Shown here piece after piece: positions 57,367 to 64,000 of a DNA stretch of 64,000 bases (the first letter of the stretch is position 1; each line of letters starts with the position of its first letter). Source of the stretch: a virus (lineage: Duplodnaviria > Caudoviricetes); the IMG/VR virus record IMGVR_UViG_3300037487_000323, positions 1,387 through 65,386 of that record; one strand, written 5' to 3'. The position numbers and the translations under genes were made by a program. The notes under the pieces are model-generated. The model did not search any database and was not told where the DNA came from. It saw only the letters and a program-made list of their open reading frames with translations.

Positions 57367-57756
57367 TTAATTTGTTGTAACTGTTACTATACCTAACTGC
57401 CCTTTAGCAACTAGATCGTTGGGTGTTAATACACTATCAAACTGACTAGAACCACCAACAGGGTTCCACCCCCATTGTATTTGTCTACTGCCTTCGCCCG
57501 GATTGCCGTTAGCGTTTAGCCCTGATGCTACATAACTGGTATCTCTACGTGGGTTACGTAAGGCCTGTGGATCACTAATCGGATACATACCAAGCTGTAA
57601 TTGCGGTTGATCTGGCTCCCAACACGAAGGGCAAACTAGGATGTTAGTTATCTTAGTTTTTATTGTTAAGGGCTTTAAAGCCTTTAACAGGTACTCCATT
57701 CCGCAACGATCGCATTGGGATATTGCAATTTTACCACGGGCATACTTAGAACTCAT
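57367..57756 (-). CDS. zinc-finger phage protein
   Basis: CDRC...CPSC, PQLQ, DPQALRNPR. Confidence 0.7.
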   Translation of the reverse strand: MSSKYARGKIAISQCDRCGMEYLLKALKPLTIKTKITNILVCPSCWEPDQPQLQLGMYPISDPQALRNPRRDTSYVASGLNANGNPGEGSRQIQWGWNPVGGSSQFDSVLTPNDLVAKGQLGIVTVTTN

Positions 57757-58475
57757 TAGTTAAATGACATTCTAGGCACCATACGTACAGGCGCTTTTTC
57801 ACGGTTTTCATCGGCTGCTAATTGAAACTGCTCGTCATATACCATCTTTAATCCAGCAATTCTTTGCACGTCTACATTAGGGAGCTTCATAGCCAAATAA
57901 TAAGACAACCCTGCAATTAGTGCGGGTAAGAATAAATAGGGTATGTCTTGTGTATTAACACCGTCACCAGCATCTTGCATTCTCCTTAAGCGCCAGTAGA
58001 CAAACGTGTACTGGTTGCCCGGAGACTGTGGCGTAGGCCATACATTAATTGTTGGGTAGGTTATGCCTGTGGGTGTTAACGCACCTGATTGTCTGTTTAT
58101 CCAAACTTGGATAGGTTTACCTAACGCAGTCTTATTAGGGATTGTCGAATAAGTAGAACCTGAAATTCTTGATATTGTTATATCGGATTGATTCTGGCCT
58201 GTGCCTGTACGTATTACTTGGTCTAGTAAATCAACAGTATCTATGGGTAGATTGTATACAGCTTGTCCTGTAACCATAGGGATTGCGCCCTCTTCCACAG
58301 TCCATAAATTTATACCCCTATTGCCCCATTCTGCAAAAAGAAGATTAAGAGATCGTCTAGCTGTTTTAAAATCATAACCACTACGTAGTTCTGTACCATT
58401 CCCGCAGCGCTCAAAACTTTCTTCGATTATATCTGCCAAATCCATATTGAACAAAGCTGTACCTGTAGTGGTCAT
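57756..58475 (-). CDS. head-tail connector-like protein
   Basis: ARRSLNLLFAEWGNRGINLW, VWPTP, GLSYYLA. Confidence 0.65.
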   Translation of the reverse strand: MTTTGTALFNMDLADIIEESFERCGNGTELRSGYDFKTARRSLNLLFAEWGNRGINLWTVEEGAIPMVTGQAVYNLPIDTVDLLDQVIRTGTGQNQSDITISRISGSTYSTIPNKTALGKPIQVWINRQSGALTPTGITYPTINVWPTPQSPGNQYTFVYWRLRRMQDAGDGVNTQDIPYLFLPALIAGLSYYLAMKLPNVDVQRIAGLKMVYDEQFQLAADENREKAPVRMVPRMSFN

Positions 58476-59329
58476 TTCTTTTCCTTACAGTTATCTAAAT
58501 GCCAACGTTTCATATTACTTAAAATACCTTGTTTGTTACAATGTGGACAATCTATTAGCGGTCTATTTTTATGCGCATTACGCATTTTTTCTAAAGCTTC
58601 TGCAGAATGTTTTTTACCATAATAGGGGTTATTTACACCCGTTGCTATTTCCGATAATTTTTGTTTTTCTTTATCTGATCTAAGTTTACCATACATTGGG
58701 TTTTTAACCCCTAGCATTCTTTTTGACAAAACACTAGAATTTAATTTTGCACGGTATGCTATTTTTTCATTCTTGGTTAAACCTTGCATAGGTTCTCGTA
58801 ATTCTTCTGGAAGATTCAATATGTATTTTATATCGTATCTGCTTTTACGTTCTTCTTTTGACATCCCCGTTTGCCTTTCAGGGTATGTTCTACCTATTTG
58901 GGCAATACTAATTTTTAACCGCGTTTCTTCAGATACTACACGCCCTATTTGTCTCGCGCTTTGATTTTCAGATTGTTCTTTGGTTATTTTTCTACCTTTA
59001 GAACTCTTAGAGATTTTTTCTCTAACTTCAGCTGTTGGTGAGCCTAGCCCACCCCCTCCGGCACACATATTATATTGAGGGTTTAGATTAGAAATAAATA
59101 ATATTTCTAATGCGTTTAATGCATCTTTATCTCCGGCTCCAGCAACTTCTTCTATCGTAAAACTATCTTTACCATACTTTCTAATTGCCGCACATATAAC
59201 CCAAAGTTTATTACATTTAGCAGAACTTATATGTGATGCCCATCTTGATTTTAAAGATGTTATTGTTTGGCCAATGTAAATATTACCATTTGTTATGTTT
59301 GTTATTTTGTATATTACTCCGTATTTCAT
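58472..59329 (-). CDS. free-standing GIY-YIG homing endonuclease with NUMOD3-like repeats
   Basis: GVIYKITN..NGNIYIGQT, RW..H, NPMYGK/NPYYGKKHS, CPHC. Confidence 0.9.
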   Translation of the reverse strand: MKYGVIYKITNITNGNIYIGQTITSLKSRWASHISSAKCNKLWVICAAIRKYGKDSFTIEEVAGAGDKDALNALEILFISNLNPQYNMCAGGGGLGSPTAEVREKISKSSKGRKITKEQSENQSARQIGRVVSEETRLKISIAQIGRTYPERQTGMSKEERKSRYDIKYILNLPEELREPMQGLTKNEKIAYRAKLNSSVLSKRMLGVKNPMYGKLRSDKEKQKLSEIATGVNNPYYGKKHSAEALEKMRNAHKNRPLIDCPHCNKQGILSNMKRWHLDNCKEKK

Positions 59330-59368
59330 ACCGACTCCAATTATGATGTGGGTATGATAACACTATTT

Positions 59369-59482
59369 TCATTTCTTAGCCCGTCTGTTTTTGGTAAGAG
59401 GAGGGAAGCTTTTTACATCCCCCCCTTTCTTCTTAGAGATTTTCTTAGGGTTAATATCGCCCATACCTCTACTTGGACGCAT
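59369..59482 (-). CDS. small basic peptide (37 aa)
   Basis: MRPSRGMGDINPKKISKKKGGDVKSFPPLTKNRRAKK; TAATG coupling. Confidence 0.55.
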   Translation of the reverse strand: MRPSRGMGDINPKKISKKKGGDVKSFPPLTKNRRAKK

Positions 59483-60282
59483 TAGCAGTACTTACCTTTA
59501 GTTCTACCCCTAATAGCACAGCCGTCACCACGAGAAGCACCTGACTTAACTGCACCACCTTTTTTGAACGGAGTAGCGTCAGGGTTATCTTGTGCAAACT
59601 GTAATGCTCTCATTCTATCAGGGGTAGCTTCATTTATCATTGCCTGAATATCCGCTTCACTTCTACCACCTCGGTACTTGCTAGTAGGTTTAGAGGTAGC
59701 TTCAGAGGTAGCGTTAGGCGATGAATATTCATCTATCATTGCCTGAATATCCGCTTCACTTCTACCACCTCGGTACTTGCTAGTAGGTTTAGAGGTAGCT
59801 TTAGAACCCGTACTTTTATAAGGCGTATTACTTTTTGCCGGTAGCTTTTTTTTAGTTAACCCAGAAGATTTAACTTTAGGGGCTTCTGTGGGTATTGGAG
59901 CCGCTACTTTATCAGGGGTAGATGCGTTTTTGTATTGAGGATCAGACTTAGCATCTGCAACTTGTTTGATAAATCTACCTTTGTCAGACTCTCTTTCTTT
60001 AGCTGCCTGCATATCTTGTTTGGCCCTGCCAGAATCACTTGCAATGCGCTCATCCAGTGAAGGGGTAGATGCGTTTTTGTATTGATGATTACTACGTACT
60101 GAGAACTCAGACTTAGCATCTGCAACTTGTTTGATAAATCTACCTTTGTCAGACTCTCTTGCTTTAGCTGCCTGCATATCTTGTTTGGCCCTGCCAGAAT
60201 CACTTGCAATGCGCTCATCCAGTGAAGGAGTTTTTTCTTTTTTATTTGGAACAACAAACCCTGCATTATTATTAATAGCCAT
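59482..60282 (-). CDS. basic repeat-containing protein
   Basis: Two internal duplications; C-terminal RGDGCAIRGRTKG. Confidence 0.75.
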   Translation of the reverse strand: MAINNNAGFVVPNKKEKTPSLDERIASDSGRAKQDMQAAKARESDKGRFIKQVADAKSEFSVRSNHQYKNASTPSLDERIASDSGRAKQDMQAAKERESDKGRFIKQVADAKSDPQYKNASTPDKVAAPIPTEAPKVKSSGLTKKKLPAKSNTPYKSTGSKATSKPTSKYRGGRSEADIQAMIDEYSSPNATSEATSKPTSKYRGGRSEADIQAMINEATPDRMRALQFAQDNPDATPFKKGGAVKSGASRGDGCAIRGRTKGKYC

Positions 60283-60524
60283 TATACAAACCTACCTTTT
60301 GTTTTACCTTTAGTTGCACAACCATCGGCAGCCCTTACGAACCCGCCTTCTTTATAACAACTACCACCAGTTTTCATCTTTTTCATTGGTTCAGACTTCT
60401 CACCTTTAGCGTATTGCATAGGAGTAATCTTACCAGACTTAATGGCTTTAGCTTCTTTAAGCTCTTCGTCTACAGACTCTTTACCTTTAAATAATTTCTT
60501 TGGATCAAACTTTTTAACAGCCAT
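60282..60524 (-). CDS. small basic protein
   Basis: 80 aa, ends ADGCATKGKTKGRFV. Confidence 0.7.
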   Translation of the reverse strand: MAVKKFDPKKLFKGKESVDEELKEAKAIKSGKITPMQYAKGEKSEPMKKMKTGGSCYKEGGFVRAADGCATKGKTKGRFV

Positions 60525-60546
60525 TTCGCCACCTTGTTTAAATTAG

Positions 60547-60813
60547 TTATTTAGTACCACATTTCCATCTTTTTAATGCTGCTGCCTTACGTGTAGGCTT
60601 ACCGCTTTCATCTTTCATAGGGCCGGGCACACCGCTCATCCGGGCGCAAAATGATTTCTTTCTTGGGCCGCCTTCAGGTTGTGGAGCTTTTAAGTTAGAG
60701 CCTGTAGCATTGTTATACTTAGCGCGACCCTTTGCCGTTAGACCAGCGCCCTTAGATACAGGTAATTTTTCACCTCTACCGACCGATAAAACTGGAGCCT
60801 TTTTAGTAGCCAT
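60547..60813 (-). CDS. small basic phage protein
   Basis: GAGLTAKGR, RKKSFCARM, LKRWKC; coupled start at 60813. Confidence 0.7.
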   Translation of the reverse strand: MATKKAPVLSVGRGEKLPVSKGAGLTAKGRAKYNNATGSNLKAPQPEGGPRKKSFCARMSGVPGPMKDESGKPTRKAAALKRWKCGTK

Positions 60814-61070
60814 TAGTGTTTTAGAAAGTCTAGTATCCAAGCAACCACTGTTGCTACAGATGCGCCAATGCTACCAACCACCAATAGCAGCTTCCAACCG
60901 CCTTTAGCTTCAGATAATGTAATGCTAATATCTCTAAGAGCATCTTTTATCTCTTCAATATCTTTAGCCATCTTATCCATGTCAGTTTGTATGTGTTTAA
61001 TATCAGCGGTGTGGGTAGCCAACTCTCGTACTGTTTGTATTGCCGGATCATCTGATCTTTGATGTTCCAT
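60813..61070 (-). CDS. coiled-coil protein with C-terminal TM segment
   Basis: 85 aa. Confidence 0.65.
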   Translation of the reverse strand: MEHQRSDDPAIQTVRELATHTADIKHIQTDMDKMAKDIEEIKDALRDISITLSEAKGGWKLLLVVGSIGASVATVVAWILDFLKH

Positions 61071-61073
61071 ACC

Positions 61074-61355
61074 TTAGCCGTAGAACACAGAAGCGGTTGT
61101 TAACGCTGCGGTAGTAACGTATAACCCATTGTAAGCTAAAACACCTTCTCCGGGAATAAGTACATTTGTTGCACCAATCGCTGCGGGGGCTGTAAAAGAA
61201 TATAAAGTTGCGCCACCATTACCATCGGTAACAACAACAGTTCCACCAGAAGCAAAACTGATAGTTAAACCTTTTAATCTTGTTCGACCTGTAAATACCG
61301 TTGTGCTTGCACCTGCTCCACACGCTGCTGATTTTACGTCTGTTTGCATAGCCAT
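61074..61355 (-). CDS. virion structural protein
   Basis: 93 aa, AGGAG RBS, IPGEGVL. Confidence 0.65.
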   Translation of the reverse strand: MAMQTDVKSAACGAGASTTVFTGRTRLKGLTISFASGGTVVVTDGNGGATLYSFTAPAAIGATNVLIPGEGVLAYNGLYVTTAALTTASVFYG

Positions 61356-61451
61356 ATCTAATCTCCTATATGTAAAAAATCAAGGGCGGGTTTATGCGTT
61401 CTCGTTTAAGGCCAAGGTCGATCAACTCTGGCCCCCTAGACTAATTAATTA

Positions 61452-61937
61452 TTATGCGTCAAACGTAGTTGAACGATCGTCAGGCTGTGCGTAAATCAAA
61501 GTTACAACAACAGAACCTGCAGTAGGTTGGCCTACAGAAGTAATAGTAGTAACAATAGCAGAACAAGCTGATTCACCAGTAATGGCGCTAGATACATCTA
61601 ATGTAGTTGATTGCATAGCAAGAAGCTGTGCGGCAGTGAAAGTAGGGGTAGTTCTCGCTAAGGTTTTAGCGTTAACACCAGAAGCGTATTCAGTACCAGC
61701 AGCAGTTTTACCTACAGTTAATGTAGCAGAGGTGACTGAGTCAAAGGCAACTAAGACATCAACAGTAACGTTAAGTAACTGGCAACCAGAAGGTAAATAG
61801 TTAGTAACAGTTGAAGTTAAAGTAGTATTGAAAGTAACAGCTTGGATTTGTTTTAAAACAGTTGTACCAGTGTTTTTGTATTGGTTGTACTTAATAGTAC
61901 CTGATTTTACTGGGCCTGAGAATGTAGTACGTGACAT
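61452..61937 (-). CDS. capsid decoration-like protein
   Basis: MSRTTFSGPV start with AAGGA RBS; Thr/Ala/Val-rich. Confidence 0.65.
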   Translation of the reverse strand: MSRTTFSGPVKSGTIKYNQYKNTGTTVLKQIQAVTFNTTLTSTVTNYLPSGCQLLNVTVDVLVAFDSVTSATLTVGKTAAGTEYASGVNAKTLARTTPTFTAAQLLAMQSTTLDVSSAITGESACSAIVTTITSVGQPTAGSVVVTLIYAQPDDRSTTFDA

Positions 61938-61945
61938 ATTAGTTT

Positions 61946-62029
61946 CCTTCATAGAAAGTATAAGCTTAGTGGTCTTCTATGCGTCAGCGGGGGCTGTCTA
62001 CTAAGCCGAGATAATCCCCGGTATGAAGG
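61946..62029 (-). ncRNA. candidate structured 5' leader RNA with two pseudoknots
   Basis: GCUUAGU/ACUAAGC stem; AGC-CCCC-GCU hairpin complementary to upstream CGGGG; CAUAGAA/UUCUAUG; three GAC linkers. Confidence 0.55.
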
Positions 62030-62031
62030 TA

Positions 62032-62060
62032 CTTATACTACGTATTTACTATTCGTGCAA
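62032..62060 (-). promoter_or_regulatory. sigma70-like promoter
   Basis: TTGCAC-N17-TATAAG. Confidence 0.5.
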
Positions 62061-62282
62061 GTTTATTTTTAGTCGTTTGTCTTTCTTATAATCTTCCTTC
62101 ATACATACCACACATGTGCCTTTTGCTTTACGTGGAGAGATATGCCCCCGGTCGCAAGGTATGCCTGTAAAGTATAGCTTTGCACCTAACTCTTTAGCTT
62201 CTTGCCTTGTTCTTGGATACTCTAAATATTCTTCAGGTATCACAGGCGCTGCATTTGCTTCTTCACTAGCATACGATAACAC
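62049..62282 (-). pseudogene. remnant of an HNH-type homing endonuclease N-terminus
   Basis: TRQEAKELGAKLYFTGIPCDRGHISPR...CVVC, with no nuclease domain following. Confidence 0.5.
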
Positions 62283-62312
62283 ACGGTGTGTAAAGTTTTT
62301 ATTTTTTGATAC

Positions 62313-62336
62313 AAAAAAACCCTCCGAAGAGGGTTT
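62313..62336 (-). terminator. intrinsic terminator after the major capsid gene
   Basis: AAACCCUC-UUCG-GAGGGUUU followed by a U tract. Confidence 0.9.
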
Positions 62337-62345
62337 AGTTGAAGC

Positions 62346-62358
62346 TAAGTGCTTGATT
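62346..62358 (-). promoter_or_regulatory. IHF-like binding site
   Basis: AATCAAGCACTTA matches WATCAANNNNTTR. Confidence 0.4.
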
Positions 62359-62366
62359 TACAAGGG

Positions 62367-63275
62367 CTAAGCGCCTGTCGAGCCGTACATAGAAAGTGGA
62401 TCACTATAGCCGAAAGAATATCTCTCGCGACTGCGGTACCTTACATTTCCCGTATCAAAGTCACCGCTCATGTCATTCGTGATAGGAGCACGAACAAAAT
62501 GCTTCATGCCGTTAGGCACATCAGTAGTTAAGAACCAACCATTAGAATCAGTCAAGAAATGGTTTATCGCGTAACCTTGTGGGATAGCGCCATTGCTCTT
62601 CAATGCGTTCAAGTCATTGTCAGCTGTACCAACACGTTGTTCAGTTTCTAACAAGCGAGTAGCAACAAATTGCAATGCAGGTGGAACGATCAACTTTTTA
62701 GGTTTAGCAGCAATCAATAAGCCACGTTCATCAGTCCATGCAGCGATTTGAATAACAGCAGCTTCTAAAGAAGTTTCGTTTAAATCAGCAGGGGTAGAAG
62801 GAATGTTGCTGTTAGTAGCGCCATTAACTAAAGGGTGAGCAGAAGAGAATAAAGCAACACCATCACCACCAGCATAAGCTGCAGAGAAACCGTTGTTTAA
62901 AACAGCAGCCGCTTTAACTTGCTTAGTATAAGACATAGCACGAGCCAAACCTTTAGTATAACGAGCAGACAAAGAGTCATACAAGTTATCTTCAATAGCT
63001 TCTTCGGTTAAAGAGAAACCTAAAGCGATTGTTTCGTGGTTGTATCGAGCAGTCCAAGCTTCTTGAGCATTGTCATAACTAATGGCTGAGCCTTCGTTTT
63101 TGACAGGAGCTGCAGAAAAACCAGACAATTTTGTTTCTTCTTCAAATGAACGTTCTGATGATTCAGTTTCATAAATTTCTTTATGTTCTTCACCGTAACG
63201 AGCGTATTCTAAACCGAAAAGAGCGTTTAAGCCCGGAAGCAACTCTTTCAGTAACTGTGCGCGTGAAATAGCCAT
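62367..63275 (-). CDS. major capsid protein
   Basis: 302 aa, MAISRAQLLKELLPGLNALFGLEY, APVKNEG, PKKLIVPPAL, ERYSFG; AAGGAG RBS and strong terminator. Confidence 0.88.
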   Translation of the reverse strand: MAISRAQLLKELLPGLNALFGLEYARYGEEHKEIYETESSERSFEEETKLSGFSAAPVKNEGSAISYDNAQEAWTARYNHETIALGFSLTEEAIEDNLYDSLSARYTKGLARAMSYTKQVKAAAVLNNGFSAAYAGGDGVALFSSAHPLVNGATNSNIPSTPADLNETSLEAAVIQIAAWTDERGLLIAAKPKKLIVPPALQFVATRLLETEQRVGTADNDLNALKSNGAIPQGYAINHFLTDSNGWFLTTDVPNGMKHFVRAPITNDMSGDFDTGNVRYRSRERYSFGYSDPLSMYGSTGA

Positions 63276-63291
63276 ATATTATAACTCCTTA

Positions 63292-63999
63292 TTAAGCAGC
63301 TGCTGCTGTGTAGTAACTTGAAACACCGAAGTTAAGTTTGGCTAATACTTCAGTATACTGAGTAATAACAATAACAGCGGCGGCAGGGATAGTAACTTGT
63401 GATGCTAAGTTTAAGGCGATAGTAGTACCACCAACAGCAACAGCAGTTGTTACGAATGAACCTGTTTCTACAAGTTGTCCGTTAGCTGCAAGGAATGCAA
63501 CGTCAGAACCAGCAAGGATTGCTACAGGACTAGCAGGGATAGTGATGTTAGTAGTTGTAGTTGAAGTACTTGGAACACTGTTTGTTACGGCAGTTTCACG
63601 AACAACGTCTAAAATACGTAATGGAAGACCAGCAGTAGTAGCAGGTGCGCCAGCAGCAACAACAGCCAATACAGCATTAGTAGAGTTACCAGCAGCAAGG
63701 TTACCTGCAGCGGTATCAATCATAGCCATGTTTTGACCGATCATAGATTTAGAAGTTGCACCAACAACAGTAGTGCCAGAACATACAACAGCTTTAAAAA
63801 CCGTATCTGGATCATCACTAACGATAGCAACAGCGTCGCCAGCAAGAGTTCCACCGGGCCAGTACTGAGCAAACAATTTTTGCTTAGTAGTTGGGTTAGT
63901 ATATGAACAACCTAAAAATACACCGATAACTGCACCAGTAGTATTAACAGTAGCACGGACAATAGAGCCTCTAGCTAAAGTAACAGCATCACCATAAAA
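63292..63999 (-). CDS. capsid-associated protein (start beyond the window)
   Basis: Frame open to the edge: FYGDAV...GVFLGCSYT...DDPDTVF. Confidence 0.7.
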   Translation of the reverse strand, partial: FYGDAVTLARGSIVRATVNTTGAVIGVFLGCSYTNPTTKQKLFAQYWPGGTLAGDAVAIVSDDPDTVFKAVVCSGTTVVGATSKSMIGQNMAMIDTAAGNLAAGNSTNAVLAVVAAGAPATTAGLPLRILDVVRETAVTNSVPSTSTTTTNITIPASPVAILAGSDVAFLAANGQLVETGSFVTTAVAVGGTTIALNLASQVTIPAAAVIVITQYTEVLAKLNFGVSSYYTAAAA

Positions 64000-64000
64000 G

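Noticed and set aside
58472-59368. Group I intron around the GIY-YIG gene
   Set aside because: Only about 40 nt of flanking non-coding sequence, and no interrupted gene.
61946-62029. Hammerhead ribozyme (CUGACG)
   Set aside because: It lacks the full CUGANGA and GAAA core in the required stem arrangement.
1-64000. tRNA genes or stop-codon recoding
   Set aside because: No cloverleaf with a T-loop motif was noticed in intergenic gaps, and genes are intact under the standard code with all three stop codons in use.

Overview
Most of the genome of a tailed dsDNA phage with a podovirus-like gene set. An embedded lipoprotein o-spanin, sigma70 promoters and IHF-like sites point to a Gram-negative, probably proteobacterial, host. 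No integrase, clear repressor, tRNA, CRISPR array or reverse transcriptase was seen. Minus strand 1-6078: probable scaffold, GroES, portal, TerL, TerS. Plus strand 6.5-30 kb: an early region driven by consensus sigma70 promoters and carrying eight GTAGGAC-N3-GTCCTAC palindromes, an origin-like non-coding block, an AAA+/vWA-peptidase module, then replication genes (VRR-NUC, PolA, HNH, TraR-like, Cas4-like nuclease, SNF2 helicase, ThyX, SSB-like, primase-helicase). Minus strand 30-64 kb: capsid, head-tail and tail genes, three RCC1 beta-propeller genes built of 21 exact-period 150-bp units, a sulfotransferase/glycosyltransferase/APS kinase/methyltransferase cluster, the lysis cassette and internal virion proteins, including a 2376-aa polyvalent protein. 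Strongest leads: the mosaic, loop-hypervariable RCC1 array and its linked modification enzymes; the promoter-hairpin-RBS cassette system of the early region; a double-pseudoknot 5' leader RNA downstream of the capsid gene; and a shared xxGG peptide motif in internal virion proteins. All product calls come from motif recognition by eye; no database search was run.
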